From: Candidatus Sericytochromatia bacterium
GTDB taxonomy: Bacteria > Cyanobacteriota > Sericytochromatia > S15B-MN24 > UBA4093
Reading direction: 5' to 3'
DNA: 64,000 nt
NCBI GenBank assembly: GCA_036676495.1
Contig: JAKFCT010000047.1
Location: 1-64,000, forward strand
This document shows, piece after piece, positions 26,900-38,076 of the stretch (within the stretch, counting starts at the first letter, position 1; the number at the start of each line of letters is the position of its first letter). The notes beneath the pieces were generated by a model. That model saw nothing but the letters and a program-made list of their open reading frames with translations. It was not told the origin of the DNA and ran no database searches. The position numbers and the translations under genes are program-made.

Positions 26900-27700
26900 C
26901 TAGGCCGACGGGTGCCCGGAGACCAGCTGGGCCAGATCGAGGTCCAGCGCGGAGAGCTGGCCCGTCTTGGCGCGCTCGCGCACGACATGCGCCAGGAAGG
27001 CGCGCGCGCGATCGGTCTGGGGGCGCTGGAAGAAGGTCGCGGGAGGCGCCTCCTCGAGGATCCGCCCGTGATCCATGAAGACCACCCGGTCGGCCACCTT
27101 CCGGGCGAAGTCCATCTCATGCGTCACCACCACCATGGTCATCCCCTGGGCCGCGATGTCGTTCATGACTTGCAGCACCTCCGAGACCATCTCGGGGTCG
27201 AGGGCGGAGGTCGGCTCGTCGAAGAGCATGATCTGGGGGCGCAGGGCGAGGGCGCGGGCGATCGCCACCCGCTGCTGCTGCCCGCCCGAGAGCTGCATCG
27301 GGAAGGCCTTGGCCTTGTGCGCCATGCCCACCTTGGCCAGGAGGTCCATGGCCGTCTTCTCCGCCTCGGCGCGCGAGCGCTTCCGGGCCTGAATCTGGGC
27401 CAAGCAAACGTTATCCAGCACCGACATATGCGGGAAGAGGTTGAAGTTCTGGAAGACCATGCCCACGTCGCGGCGCAGCTGCTGGACCTCCGTCTTGCTT
27501 CCCGGCAGTCTTTGGCCCAGGACGGTGATATGGCCCTGGTCGAGGGTCTCCAAGGCGTTGATGCAGCGCAGGAGCGTACTCTTCCCCGAGCCTGAGGGGC
27601 CCAGGAGGACGATCTTCTCGCCGGCGTGGATGGTGAGATCGATGCCGTCGAGCACCCGATGGCTGCCGAAGGACTTGCCCACGTTGTCGAAGACGATCAT
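26900..27700 (-). CDS. Polar amino-acid ABC transporter ATP-binding protein (GlnQ-like)
   Basis: [32 protein letters not shown]. Confidence 0.95.
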   Translation of the reverse strand: MIVFDNVGKSFGSHRVLDGIDLTIHAGEKIVLLGPSGSGKSTLLRCINALETLDQGHITVLGQRLPGSKTEVQQLRRDVGMVFQNFNLFPHMSVLDNVCLAQIQARKRSRAEAEKTAMDLLAKVGMAHKAKAFPMQLSGGQQQRVAIARALALRPQIMLFDEPTSALDPEMVSEVLQVMNDIAAQGMTMVVVTHEMDFARKVADRVVFMDHGRILEEAPPATFFQRPQTDRARAFLAHVVRERAKTGQLSALDLDLAQLVSGHPSA

Positions 27701-29160
27701 GCCGTCACCCCCTGTGCGCGCCGCAGGCGCGCTTCCGTCCACCGAGCGAAGCGCGAGACCGGGTAGCTGATGGCCAGGTAGATGGCCGCCGTGACCAGCC
27801 CGAGTCCGATGTAGTCGTAGGTCGCCGAGGCGAGCATGCCGTAGGCTTTCGTGAGCTCGACCAGGGTGATCACCGAGATCAGGGACGAGTCCTTGAAGAG
27901 GGCGATGAAGTCGTTGGTCACGGGCGGGATGGCGACGCGCAGGGACTGCGGCAGGATCACAAAGCGCAGGATCTGCGGGCGCGAGAGGCCCAGGGCGAGC
28001 GAGGCTTCCATCTGGCCCTTGGGGACGGCCTGGATGCCGGCCCGGTAGTTCTCGGCCTCGTTGGCGGCGTAGTTGAGGCCGAGGCCGAGCACGCCGGCGA
28101 CGAAGGCGTCGAGTTGCAGGCCCAGCTTGGGCAGGCCGTAATACAAGAGATAAAGCTGGATCAGCAGCGGCGTGCCGCGGAAGATCTCGATGTAGGTCGT
28201 GGCGAGCCACTGGACGGGAAGCGGGCCGTAGACGCGCATCACGGCGAGGACCATGCCGAGCGCCATCGCGAGGGCCATGGCCAGGGTGGAGATCTTGATG
28301 GTCATCCAGGTCCCGGCCGCGAGCATGGGGCCGAAGCGCTTCCAGGCGGGTTCAAGCTGGGTGGGGACTTCCTGCATGTCCCGGTAGGAGAGCAGCTTCT
28401 CCTGGGTGGGGGTCCACATGTCCCAGCGGCGGTAGATGCGCTCGAGGGTGCCGTCGGTGAGCATGGCTTCGAGGGCGGTGTCGAGCTCGCGTTTGAGGGC
28501 TTCATCGCCTTTTCGCAGGGCGATCGCGTAGTAGCCTTCGCCGAGGGGCGGATCGATGAAGCGGAGCTTGGAGTTGCCCTTGGCGTAGTAGACGGCCATG
28601 GGGCGGTCGAGGAAGACGCCCTCCAGGCGGCCCAAGGCGAGGTCCTGGTAGATGGCGTACATGTCGGAGTAGAACTTCATGTCCACGCCGCCGAGCTTTT
28701 CGAGCATGCGATGGGCGGCCGAGCCCGTGAGGGTGCCGACGCGCTTGCCGCGGAAGTCCTCGAAGACCTGGATGCGGGATTCGTCGGCGCGCACGACCAT
28801 CTGCTGCTGGTAGACGTAGTAAGGGCGGGTGAAGAGGGCGCCGCGCTTGTGCTCGTCGGTCAGCTCAATGCCGGCCATGGCGAAATCGATGGTGTTGATG
28901 CCGAGGGCGGGGATCAGGCTGTCCCAGTTGACCTGAACCCGTTCGATGGGTCGGTTGAGGTGTTTGGCGAGGGCATCGGCCATTTCTTGCTCGAAGCCCA
29001 CCACGCGCGAGGCGTCGTCGGGGCTGGTGAAGGCGTAGGGGGCCCCTCCCTCCAGGTCCACCCCCCAGCGGAGGGGGGTAGTCGGGGCGGCCCAGAGCGC
29101 CCCCGTCATGGTGAACCAGAGCGCGAGGGCTCCGACCCAAAGCAAAAATCGACCCTTCAA
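27697..29160 (-). CDS. Amino-acid ABC transporter fused substrate-binding and permease protein
   Basis: SBP family 3 domain followed by [21 protein letters not shown]; start approximate. Confidence 0.9.
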   Translation of the reverse strand: MKGRFLLWVGALALWFTMTGALWAAPTTPLRWGVDLEGGAPYAFTSPDDASRVVGFEQEMADALAKHLNRPIERVQVNWDSLIPALGINTIDFAMAGIELTDEHKRGALFTRPYYVYQQQMVVRADESRIQVFEDFRGKRVGTLTGSAAHRMLEKLGGVDMKFYSDMYAIYQDLALGRLEGVFLDRPMAVYYAKGNSKLRFIDPPLGEGYYAIALRKGDEALKRELDTALEAMLTDGTLERIYRRWDMWTPTQEKLLSYRDMQEVPTQLEPAWKRFGPMLAAGTWMTIKISTLAMALAMALGMVLAVMRVYGPLPVQWLATTYIEIFRGTPLLIQLYLLYYGLPKLGLQLDAFVAGVLGLGLNYAANEAENYRAGIQAVPKGQMEASLALGLSRPQILRFVILPQSLRVAIPPVTNDFIALFKDSSLISVITLVELTKAYGMLASATYDYIGLGLVTAAIYLAISYPVSRFARWTEARLRRAQGVTA

Positions 29161-29436
29161 CGTGCCTGAAGACCTCCTAGTGGCGGGGGGACGGCGGCTC
29201 CCGGCGCGCGACGGCGGCCGAGAGGCCCTCGAGAGGGGCTCATCGCGCCTGGCGGCGCCCGAAAGGCCCTCGGGTGGGGGGTGAACCCCGGTCAAGGCCT
29301 TATACCCCAATCAAGCAGAGTTTCGCGCCGGGGCGCGACGGTCATCGCGTTCAGGAAAGATCGGTCGCCTCCACGATGTCCGGGGGAGGGTTCTGCCTTA
29401 GGGTGGAGCGGGGCGGAGTGCCGCCGGGAGGGTGCC

Positions 29437-31347
29437 TTGCCTCAGAAGACTTTGCAGGAGGCCGCGAGGGTCCCGGGAACGCCCGCGGGGAAAGTCCCCT
29501 CGAAGACCCCGCTGAACGTCCTGCTCTTCCTGGTTTTTCTACCCATCGTCCTCTTCCCGGCGATCGTGACCGGGTTGAGCGCGCAGCGGCGCTACGAGGT
29601 GGACAGCGCGGCGGTTCAGCGCGAGATCTTCGTAGACCTGGCTCAGGTCGGCGGCACGCAGCTGGGCCTCATCAGCGGTCTGCTGGGCAATGCCCAGCAG
29701 CTGGCCCAGGAGCTGGCCTTGGCCTGGCCGGAGCTGCGCGCGCAAGGCGACCCGAACGCCATGCTCCGGACCCTGAGCGCGCGATTGCCGATCTTCACGA
29801 CGCTCGGGGTGGTTTCCGCCGACGGCCGGATCCGTTTCCACTCGGATCGCGCGGCGATCGGCAGGTCGCTCGCAGGCGAGCCGTACTGGGGGCGCTACCA
29901 GCAAACCCACCGCCTGACGTTCTCCAGCCTGCAGCGCGACGCGCAGGGGAGGCGGATCATCCTCATCCTCGTCCCCTCGGCCAGCGGAGAGACCCTTCTG
30001 GCCAGTTACGACACCGTGCAGCTTCAAACGGCCTTCCAAAGCCCCGCAGCCCAGCACTTGCAGCGGTTTTCGGTGCTGACGGACGGCGACGGCAACGTCA
30101 TCGCGCACTCGAGCGAAGCGCGCCTCCTCCGCTATCCCAACCTCGCGCACCTTCCCCCCGTCGCTCGGGCGCTGCAAGGCGAGCGTGGCACCATGGAGTT
30201 CGCGGACATCGAGACCGGAGAAGCGCGCGACGCCGCCTACTCCCCCGTCCCCCTCACCGGCTGGGCGCTCGTCCTGAGCCAACCCACGGCGACCTCGATC
30301 CTGACTCCGGTGGCGACCACCTATCGGATCACGCTCATGACCCTGGCCACCAGCGTGCTGCTCGCCATGCTGGCCACCATGCTGCTGAGCCGCAGGCTCG
30401 CCACCCCCATCGAGCGGGCCAGCCAACGCATCCAGCGCCTCAATCAAGAGGCGGTCAGCCTCGACCACCTCCGGGACTTCCCCACCACGCCGATCGCCGA
30501 GTTCGAGGGGGTGGTCCGCGGCATCCGGCGCCTCTACGAGACCTTGGCCCATAGCATCCTGGAGCTCGAGGCCAAGAACCACGAGCTCATTTTCAGCAAC
30601 CAGCAGCTCGAGGCATCGGTCGAAAACTACAAACGCCTCGACAAGCTTCGCTCCGACTTCATCAACATCCTCAGCCACGACCTCCGGATTCCCCTGACGG
30701 CCATCATCGGCTATGCCGAGCTGCTGGAGGACGATCCCGCCCTCCCTCCGCAAAGCAAGGAGTACGTGCGCCAGATCCAGGAGGCCTGCGAGCGCATGAG
30801 TAGCCAGCTGGAGGAGCTTCTCGACTATGCCCGCCTGGAGGTCGGGAGCTTCAAGCTTCACCTCGAGCCCGTCGAGCTCTCGACGGAGGTTCCCGCGCTC
30901 GTGGCGTTCTTCCGGCCGATCGCCGCGCGAAAGGGCCTGAGCCTGGAGCTCGACATCGCCGAAGGACTGCCCACGATCCAGATCGATCCGGACCGGCTGC
31001 GGCAGATCCTCAACAACCTGATCTCGAACGCCATCAAGTACACCCCGTCGGGGGGGAAGGTCCGCGTGGTCGCCCGGCCCGACAACGCCGAGGTGGTGTT
31101 CGAGGTGCGCGATACCGGCATCGGGCTGACCGAGGACGACCGCAAGCACCTCTTCGAGAAGTTCTTTCGCTCCGAGCGTCCCGAGGTTCGTGCGGAGATG
31201 GGGACGGGGCTCGGGCTATCGCTGGTCAAGGGAGTGGTCGAGGCGCATGGCGGGCGGCTCGAGGCCGAGGGCGAGCCCGGCAAGGGCTCCACGTTTCGGG
31301 TCATCCTGCCGATCCGGCCGCCCGAGGCCGGGGACGCCATGGCATGA
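29437..31347 (+). CDS. Cache-domain sensor histidine kinase with no adjacent regulator
   Basis: TM-Cache-TM; SHDLRIPL, NLISNAIKYT, DTGIG, GTGLGL; start approximate. Confidence 0.9.
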   Translation: MPQKTLQEAARVPGTPAGKVPSKTPLNVLLFLVFLPIVLFPAIVTGLSAQRRYEVDSAAVQREIFVDLAQVGGTQLGLISGLLGNAQQLAQELALAWPELRAQGDPNAMLRTLSARLPIFTTLGVVSADGRIRFHSDRAAIGRSLAGEPYWGRYQQTHRLTFSSLQRDAQGRRIILILVPSASGETLLASYDTVQLQTAFQSPAAQHLQRFSVLTDGDGNVIAHSSEARLLRYPNLAHLPPVARALQGERGTMEFADIETGEARDAAYSPVPLTGWALVLSQPTATSILTPVATTYRITLMTLATSVLLAMLATMLLSRRLATPIERASQRIQRLNQEAVSLDHLRDFPTTPIAEFEGVVRGIRRLYETLAHSILELEAKNHELIFSNQQLEASVENYKRLDKLRSDFINILSHDLRIPLTAIIGYAELLEDDPALPPQSKEYVRQIQEACERMSSQLEELLDYARLEVGSFKLHLEPVELSTEVPALVAFFRPIAARKGLSLELDIAEGLPTIQIDPDRLRQILNNLISNAIKYTPSGGKVRVVARPDNAEVVFEVRDTGIGLTEDDRKHLFEKFFRSERPEVRAEMGTGLGLSLVKGVVEAHGGRLEAEGEPGKGSTFRVILPIRPPEAGDAMA

Positions 31348-31458
31348 GCGCCCCGCTTCGAGGGCGCTAGACCGTTTCACTGAAGAAGTCTGCGCTCGGA
31401 GGCCAAGCCCACGGCAGGCGAGCTGAAGTTCAATAAGAGGGACGAGCGGAGGTTAGCC

Positions 31459-33822
31459 GTGGAATGGTACTTGCCGACCGGGCTGGTCCTGCCCTGGGTC
31501 ACGGCACTCTTGCTGGTGTTCTGGCCCCGGAGTCACGACCGTCTCTCCCCCTTCATCGCGACCTTCGGAGCCGTCCTCACGGCCCTGAGCCTCAGCCTGG
31601 GGCTGTTGAGCCGGCAAGCCGCCGGGCCGATGACGCTCCTGGACTTTCCGTTCGGAAGCTGGGTCCTGGATGGCTTGACGGGCATGTTCCTCCTGCTCAC
31701 CGCCTGGATTCACTTGCTCGTCACCCTCTTCTCCTGGCGCTACCTGCCCCAGGCCCAAGCGGAGGAGGGGTCGCGGCGCCGCGATGCAAGTTTCTACGCG
31801 CTGCTGCATGTCTTTTCGGGGTCGATGCTCGCGCAGGTCACGTCGGGGAGCTTGATTCAGCTTTACGTGTTCTGGGAGCTGACGGGGATCGCGTCCTTCC
31901 TCTTGATCGGATACTGGCACCAAGATCCCAAGGCGCGCGAGGGAGCGCTACGCAGCCTGGTGATGACGACGGCCGGAGGGGTCGCCATGCTGCTGGGCTT
32001 TCTCGGCCTGGCGGCGATCGCCGGGACGTCGAGCCTCCCCGCTCTCCTCGCGGGGAGGCTGAGCTGGCAGGCCGATCCCATGCTTGCCGGGATCACGGCC
32101 CTCATCCTCCTCGGAGGCCTGGCCAAGAGTGCCCAGGTGCCGTTCTCCGGGTGGTTGCCGGGAGCCATGGCGGCACCGACGCCGGTCAGCGCCTTCCTGC
32201 ACTCGGCGACGCTGATCGCCGCGGGAGTCTACCTCCTGGCGAGGTTCTTCCCCATGCTGCATGCCGCCCCCACGTGGAGCGGGCTGCTGGTGCCCTCCGG
32301 CCTGATCGGCGGCGTGCTGGCCGGCATCATGGCCCTCCGTCAGGCCGAGATCAAGGCGCTCTTGGCCTACTCAACCATCAGCCAGTACGCCTTCATCTTC
32401 ATGGCCTTCGGGCTGGGGACGGTGGTCGGCGCGCAGGCCGGTCTCTACGCCTTCTTCGTGCATGCCTTCATCAAGGCGGGGCTGTTCCTGGTCGCGGGAG
32501 CGGTCACAGCCCTGAGCGGCTCGAAACGCTTCGACGCCCTGGGAGGCTTGGCCCGCTCGCACCGCGTCCTCGCCATCCTGGCGACCATCCTGGCGTTCTC
32601 GCTGGGTGGAGTCCCGATCTTCGGCGGCTTCTACTACAAGGAGGAGCTGCTGCATGCGGCCTACGAGCAGCAGGCCTGGCTCTTGCTGGTCTCGCTATTG
32701 GGAGGCGGCATGCTGACCTTTCTCTACATGCTGCGCTTCGTGACGGAAATCTTCTGGGGCGAGGAGCCGCAGAGCGGCGAGCCGCAGAGCGGCGGAGCAC
32801 AGCACGGCGAACCCCAGCGCGGCGCACCGCCACGCACGGATCCGGGTGGGGCTCGACCGCTTCCCCTGTCGATGCTCGCTCCGGTCGCGGTTCTGGCCGC
32901 CGTGGCGATGGTCACCGGGATCTTTCCGAACTGGATGAACCTCTGGGTGCTCAACCCGGCGATCGCGAGCGTCATTCAGGCGCCCGCCGATTTCTCGGTC
33001 ACGCTGGAGCCGGGAGGGGTCTTCCTCTTGAGCCTCGCGGTGCTGGCGCTGGGCGGAGGGATCTGGGCGCTGGAGAGCCGGGGATGGCTTCCCGAGCGCT
33101 GGATTGCCCGGATGCCCACGCAGTTCAACTTCGGGGGAGCCGCGGGGCTGCGGCTCTACAGCGCGCTATCCGAGCGTTTCTTGGGGCTCCAGACGGGAAA
33201 CTTGAGACAATACCTACGCTGGGAGCTGCTGGCGAGCCTGGGGCTGGTCCTCGTATGCTGGTGGGGAGTCGACTGGGGGCCGGGGCGAAGCGAGGTCTTC
33301 GATCCCGCCCTAGCCCTCATGCTGGGGCTCTGCCTCCTGGCGGCGCTCGCGACGATCTGGCTGACGCACCACGTGCTGGCGGTCATCGCGCTGACAATTT
33401 CGGGCTACGCCCTGGCGGTGGTTTTCGCCCTCCTGGAGGCGCCCGACGTGGCGCTGGCGCAGGTGCTGGTCGAGACGCTGGCCACCTTCTCGATCGTCAT
33501 GGCCCTGCGCCAGAGCCAGCAGGTCCACCCCGAAAGGACCAAGATCCTGACAGCAGGCCGGAACGACTGGGGACGCTGGGGCATCTCCCTGGGCATCGGC
33601 GGGACCTTGGCTGCGCTCACCTACCAGATCGGCCGGAGCCAGCCCCCAAACTCCGCGGGCGCGCATTACGCCGCCGCGGGGATTTCCCTCAACGGCATGA
33701 GCGACCTGGTCACGGCCATCCTGGCCGATTTCCGGGCCCTGGACACGGCGGTCGAGATCCTGGTCTTCGCCTGCGCGGCCTTCGCGGTGATGGGGCTCTT
33801 CCCCCGGAGGCGCGATGAATAA
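31459..33822 (+). CDS. mrpA: Mrp cation/H+ antiporter subunit A
   Basis: FWELT, KSAQVPF, AMAAPTPVSAFLHSAT, APDVALAQ, DFRALDT. Confidence 0.93.
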   Translation: MEWYLPTGLVLPWVTALLLVFWPRSHDRLSPFIATFGAVLTALSLSLGLLSRQAAGPMTLLDFPFGSWVLDGLTGMFLLLTAWIHLLVTLFSWRYLPQAQAEEGSRRRDASFYALLHVFSGSMLAQVTSGSLIQLYVFWELTGIASFLLIGYWHQDPKAREGALRSLVMTTAGGVAMLLGFLGLAAIAGTSSLPALLAGRLSWQADPMLAGITALILLGGLAKSAQVPFSGWLPGAMAAPTPVSAFLHSATLIAAGVYLLARFFPMLHAAPTWSGLLVPSGLIGGVLAGIMALRQAEIKALLAYSTISQYAFIFMAFGLGTVVGAQAGLYAFFVHAFIKAGLFLVAGAVTALSGSKRFDALGGLARSHRVLAILATILAFSLGGVPIFGGFYYKEELLHAAYEQQAWLLLVSLLGGGMLTFLYMLRFVTEIFWGEEPQSGEPQSGGAQHGEPQRGAPPRTDPGGARPLPLSMLAPVAVLAAVAMVTGIFPNWMNLWVLNPAIASVIQAPADFSVTLEPGGVFLLSLAVLALGGGIWALESRGWLPERWIARMPTQFNFGGAAGLRLYSALSERFLGLQTGNLRQYLRWELLASLGLVLVCWWGVDWGPGRSEVFDPALALMLGLCLLAALATIWLTHHVLAVIALTISGYALAVVFALLEAPDVALAQVLVETLATFSIVMALRQSQQVHPERTKILTAGRNDWGRWGISLGIGGTLAALTYQIGRSQPPNSAGAHYAAAGISLNGMSDLVTAILADFRALDTAVEILVFACAAFAVMGLFPRRRDE

Positions 33823-34222
33823 CCTGCTCGTGCGCTTCGTGGCCTGCGTGGTCACGGCCTTCACCTGGATCATCGCCTGGCAGGAGATCCTCTACGCGGG
33901 GACGCTCCCCGGGGAAGGCTTCACGGCCTCGGTCCTCATCCTCCTGGCGGTGGTCCTCCAGTACGTCGTGCTCGGCTACGCGGAGGCGAGCCAGCGGATC
34001 CCTCCCCGGATCTTCCGAGCGGGGCTGAGCGCAGGCGTCGCCTTGCTGCTGGCGCTCCTGAGCCTGCCGCTTCTCGCCGGCAAGCCGATGTTCACGGCTT
34101 TCAAGATTCCCCTGGGCTTCGACACGCTGTCGAGCACGACCCTCTTCGACGTGGCCATCTTCCTGGTGGTCTCCGGGGGGATGCTCGCGGCCTTCACCAA
34201 CCTGCGGGAGCCACGGCCATGA
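33815..34222 (+). CDS. mrpB: Mrp subunit B
   Basis: PGEGF, LFDVAIFLVV; operon position. Confidence 0.85.
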   Translation: MNNLLVRFVACVVTAFTWIIAWQEILYAGTLPGEGFTASVLILLAVVLQYVVLGYAEASQRIPPRIFRAGLSAGVALLLALLSLPLLAGKPMFTAFKIPLGFDTLSSTTLFDVAIFLVVSGGMLAAFTNLREPRP

Positions 34223-34551
34223 GCTTGCTCTACGCCCTCTCGGTGGGCATCCTGATGACCATCGGGGTCTACCAGCTGCTGGGGCGAGACCTCGTGCGGA
34301 TCGCCTTCGGGATCTACCTGATCTTCAACGGGGCCAACCTCTTCATCATGAGCGCCGGGACGACGAACGGCCGCCGGGCTCCGTTCGCGCAGCTGGGCGG
34401 GCCCTTCGTGGACCCCCTGGTGCAGGCCATGGTGCTCACGGCCATCGTGATCGGGTTCGGCCTCGCGACCTTTCTCCTGATGCTGGCCGCCCGGCTGGGC
34501 CAGGAGCGCGGCACGCTCGACGCCGAGGAGATGCGGGAGTGGAAGCAATGA
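34219..34551 (+). CDS. mrpC: Mrp subunit C
   Basis: DPLVQAMVLTAIVIGF. Confidence 0.93.
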   Translation: MSLLYALSVGILMTIGVYQLLGRDLVRIAFGIYLIFNGANLFIMSAGTTNGRRAPFAQLGGPFVDPLVQAMVLTAIVIGFGLATFLLMLAARLGQERGTLDAEEMREWKQ

Positions 34552-35969
34552 TCCTGCCGTGGCTGTTGCTGACTCCCCTCACGGGACTGCTCGCGACCCT
34601 CCTGGCGATGCGGCGGCCCCTCTGGCAAGCGACGATCGTCCTGGCCATGAGCCTGGGCAGCCTCGGGCTCGCCGTCTGGTTGTTCCTGGGGGGAGAAACG
34701 GTCACGACCGCGGTGGGCGGCTGGCCCGTGCCCTTCGGGATCCGGCTGCGGGCCGACATGCTCAGCCGCCTCATGCTCGTCCTGGCGGGCCTGCTCTTCA
34801 GCATGGCCTCCCTCTACCACCTCGGCCAGACCCTCCGGGCGGCGCCCCCGACGTGCAATCCCATCTACCCCCTCAGTTTCCCGCTGCTGCTCCTGGGCCT
34901 CACGGGGATCTTCATCACCCGGGACTTCTTCAACTTCTACGTCTTCTTCGAGCTGGTGGCCGTCTCCTCCTACCTGCTGGTCTCGCTCGGCAAGCATGCC
35001 CCCCTGGAGGCGGCCTGGAAGTACTCGGCGCAGAGCGTCCTGGGATCGATTTTCCTGCTCATCGCGATCGTGAGCCTCTACGGCGAGACGGGAGCCCTGG
35101 AGATGAGCTCGGTGGCCCAGCGGTACAGCGAGCCGGCACTCTGGGCGGCGCCATTCCTCCTGGTCGCCTTTTTGCTCAAAGGGGCGATCTTTCCGTTTCA
35201 CTTCTGGCAGCCGGACGCGCATGCCGCGGCCACGACCACCGGGAGCGTGCTGCTGGCGGGCTTGCTCATCAACGTGGGGATGTACGGCTTGCTGAGGTTC
35301 TGGCCCCTCTTGATGGGCGGGGCGCTGCTCGATCTCTTCCTGGTGCTCGGCGCCGTATCCCTCCTTTTCGGGGCCGTGGCGGCCTGGAATCAACTCGACG
35401 CCAAGCGCATGCTGGGCTTCTCGTCGATAAGCCAGCTCGGCTTCGTGCTCCTGGCCATGGGGTGGGGGACGGTCGGGGCAGTGGGAGCCGCGATCTTATA
35501 CATGATCAGCCATGCCCTGGCGAAGGCCCTGCTTTTCATGGCGACCGGCGTGCTGTCCGACGGCATTGGCAGCACGCGCTTCGCCGATCTGGCGGGCAGA
35601 GGAAATCGCCTGCCGCTGGTGGGGGCGGCCTACCTCGGCGGGGCCCTCTCGCTCGTCGGGCTGCCCCCGACCTTCGGGTTCATCGCCAAGGTCGGCCTGC
35701 TAGGGGAAGGCGTGACGGCCCAGCAATGGACCTGGGTGACCCTGGCGGGTCTCGGCAGCCTCATGACGGCCGGCTACAGCGTGAAGGCCTTCCAGACGCT
35801 CTTCTGGGAGGAGGGGAGTGAGTTGCCGGAAGCGCCGTCGCCGTGGGTGCTCGGCGCCGTCACCCTGACCTTGGCGGTCCTGCTGCTGCTTTTCTTCGGG
35901 GGAGAGCCGCTCTGGGGCTATTGCCTGCAAGCGGCATCGGAGCTGGTGCACGGGGAGCGTTCGCCATGA
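34548..35969 (+). CDS. mrpD: Mrp subunit D
   Basis: GGWPVPFGI, DFFNFYVFFEL, KGAIFPFHFW, GLPPTFGFIAK. Confidence 0.92.
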   Translation: MILPWLLLTPLTGLLATLLAMRRPLWQATIVLAMSLGSLGLAVWLFLGGETVTTAVGGWPVPFGIRLRADMLSRLMLVLAGLLFSMASLYHLGQTLRAAPPTCNPIYPLSFPLLLLGLTGIFITRDFFNFYVFFELVAVSSYLLVSLGKHAPLEAAWKYSAQSVLGSIFLLIAIVSLYGETGALEMSSVAQRYSEPALWAAPFLLVAFLLKGAIFPFHFWQPDAHAAATTTGSVLLAGLLINVGMYGLLRFWPLLMGGALLDLFLVLGAVSLLFGAVAAWNQLDAKRMLGFSSISQLGFVLLAMGWGTVGAVGAAILYMISHALAKALLFMATGVLSDGIGSTRFADLAGRGNRLPLVGAAYLGGALSLVGLPPTFGFIAKVGLLGEGVTAQQWTWVTLAGLGSLMTAGYSVKAFQTLFWEEGSELPEAPSPWVLGAVTLTLAVLLLLFFGGEPLWGYCLQAASELVHGERSP

Positions 35970-36469
35970 ACATGGGAGTCCTCTTGTTCTTCTTGATCGG
36001 GGCCGGCATCTGGTTCGCGCTGATCGGGCGGATCGACCCGGCGTCCAGCGTGTACGGGACGCTCGTGGTGCTGAGCGCCTGGGGCATCCTCACGCGGCTC
36101 TCCGAGCTGAAGCTGTACCTTCCTCCGGAGCGGGCCCTCCCCTGGCTGAAGGGAGTGGGGGGATACCTCTTCGGCTACGTCAGCGTGGACATGGTGCGCT
36201 CGACGTTTCGGGTCTTCCTCAAGGTCCTCTCGCCGGAGCTGAAGATCGCGCCGGCGATCCTGGCGGTGCCGGTGCCCGGGGCGCCGCGCTCGGCCTTGAT
36301 ATTGCTGGCCTACGGGATCGCGCTGACGCCCGGCCAACAGATCGTGGCCATCGACGAAGCCGAGAGCACGCTCTACGTCCACTTCCTGGACGCCCCGGAT
36401 CCGGAGGCCGCCCGGGAAGCCGTGCAAGACCTCTACTGCCGTTACTTGAAGGAGGCGACCACATGGTGA
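35966..36469 (+). CDS. mrpE: Mrp subunit E
   Basis: IALTPG, LYVHFLD. Confidence 0.88.
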   Translation: MNMGVLLFFLIGAGIWFALIGRIDPASSVYGTLVVLSAWGILTRLSELKLYLPPERALPWLKGVGGYLFGYVSVDMVRSTFRVFLKVLSPELKIAPAILAVPVPGAPRSALILLAYGIALTPGQQIVAIDEAESTLYVHFLDAPDPEAAREAVQDLYCRYLKEATTW

Positions 36470-36735
36470 TCATGTTGCATATCGCGCTGGTGATTTTGGT
36501 CCTGCTGGCCCTGGCGTCCACGTGGCGGGTCGTCACCGGGCCGTCGCTTCCCGATCGCCTGGTGGCCGGAGACCTGACGATCGCCCTCTTGACGTTCATC
36601 CTGGCCGTGGCGGCCGTGCTGGGGGGCTCGGAGTTCTACCTGGACGCGGCGCTGGTGGCGGCGCTGCTGGCGTTCACGAGCACGATCATCCTGGCGAAGT
36701 TCATCGCCCGGGGGCACCTGATGGAGGAGCGATGA
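36463..36735 (+). CDS. mrpF: Mrp subunit F
   Basis: GPSLPDRLVAGD. Confidence 0.9.
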   Translation: MVIMLHIALVILVLLALASTWRVVTGPSLPDRLVAGDLTIALLTFILAVAAVLGGSEFYLDAALVAALLAFTSTIILAKFIARGHLMEER

Positions 36736-37070
36736 CGGCCCTGGGCGCGCTGGGGCTGGTGGCGCTCTACGTGGGGATCGCCATCTGCGCGGCGGGGGTG
36801 CTGGGGATCTACCGGTTTCCGGATATCTACACGCGGCTGAACGCCCTGGCCAAGGTCACGACCATGGGGGCCTTGCTGGTGCACCTTTCCTCGGCGGCCC
36901 TCTTGCCCTGGGGCGAGGGCGAGAAGGGGGTGCTGACGGCGCTGGTGCTGCTGCTGACGACGCCGGTGGTGACCCAGGCGATCGCCCTCACGGCGCATAT
37001 CCTCCGGACCTGCAACGTGAACCGCGAGGATGACTTGCGCAGCTCCCACCCCGGAGAGGCGGAGAGCTGA
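36732..37070 (+). CDS. mrpG: Mrp subunit G
   Basis: RFPDIYTRLNALAKVTTMG, LLTTPV. Confidence 0.9.
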   Translation: MTALGALGLVALYVGIAICAAGVLGIYRFPDIYTRLNALAKVTTMGALLVHLSSAALLPWGEGEKGVLTALVLLLTTPVVTQAIALTAHILRTCNVNREDDLRSSHPGEAES

Positions 37071-37107
37071 CGTGCGGCGGCATCTTTTCGCGCCCGGCGG
37101 CAAATCC

Positions 37108-38076
37108 TCACGGATGTTCCTCGAGGTCTTTCAGGCGCTTTCCGGCTCCGCCCAACCAGAATTCGAACCAGCGCTGGGCCAGGCGCAGCATGAGCAGGGC
37201 GGCCCAGGCCCCCAGGATGATGAGGGCGACGTTGCTGAGCAGCATCTGCGTCGCTCCCCAGGCGATGTCCAGGTCACCCTGCGAGAGCCCCAGGCCGATG
37301 GTCGCCGCCGATGGGACGAGCGCGGCGGCGATCATGACGCCGACCAGTTGACTCGGGCGATTCGTGCAGGCGGATACCCCGCCGGCGATCCCGGCCGCTG
37401 CGGCGACCAAGTAGGCGTAGAGGCCCACCTGGCTGCGCTCTGTGATGATCTCGGCGGTGAAGAAGGAGTCGGCATTGGGAACGACCGAGAAGCGGAAGAG
37501 CAGGCCGGCCACGATCCATGCCGTGGCAATTGAGACGACGAGGGTCAGTGCGGTGGAGAGCAAGGCGCTAAGCATGAGGCGCGGGCGCCTCAGGAGGGCG
37601 GCCATGGGCACAAGCACCAGCGAGCTCAGGGCCGGGGGAATCACCATCGAGCCGATCAGGATCGGGATGCTTCCCACGACCAAGCCGCAGACCGCGATCA
37701 GACTCGCGAGGGCCACGAAGAGCATGAAGACCGGGGTCGCCTGCCCCTCGCGCTCGAGGGTCTGGAGGCTCTCCTCCCAGGCGATCGCTTCGCTCTCCCG
37801 GGCGCCCAGCGCTAGCTTGATGCGCGCGACCCGCTCCCCACGGACGGACTCCAGCCGGCTCGAGACGAGGACTCCTCGCGCCAGCGCCCCCACCTCCTCC
37901 ATCGCTTTCAAGGCCTGGTTGTAGGCAAGGTCGGGCACGATCAGGGTCAGGAGCCACTGGTCGAGCGGATACTTGCACTCGGTCACGGAGACGGCGACGA
38001 GCGCCGGAAACTCCTCAAGGCGCTGCAGCGCTCCCCGAGCCGCGTCTTCGGGAAGGTAAAGCTCGATCTTGCGCAT
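37108..38076 (-). CDS. DUF389-family membrane protein
   Basis: LIGSMVIPP, LVGVMIAAALVPSA. Confidence 0.8.
   Translation of the reverse strand: MRKIELYLPEDAARGALQRLEEFPALVAVSVTECKYPLDQWLLTLIVPDLAYNQALKAMEEVGALARGVLVSSRLESVRGERVARIKLALGARESEAIAWEESLQTLEREGQATPVFMLFVALASLIAVCGLVVGSIPILIGSMVIPPALSSLVLVPMAALLRRPRLMLSALLSTALTLVVSIATAWIVAGLLFRFSVVPNADSFFTAEIITERSQVGLYAYLVAAAAGIAGGVSACTNRPSQLVGVMIAAALVPSAATIGLGLSQGDLDIAWGATQMLLSNVALIILGAWAALLMLRLAQRWFEFWLGGAGKRLKDLEEHP

Noticed and set aside
32761-32823. 15-bp in-frame repeats in mrpA (EPQSG-like x4); similar 21-bp-period duplication in topA at 51204-51241
   Set aside because: Ordinary slippage in flexible linkers with the reading frame preserved.
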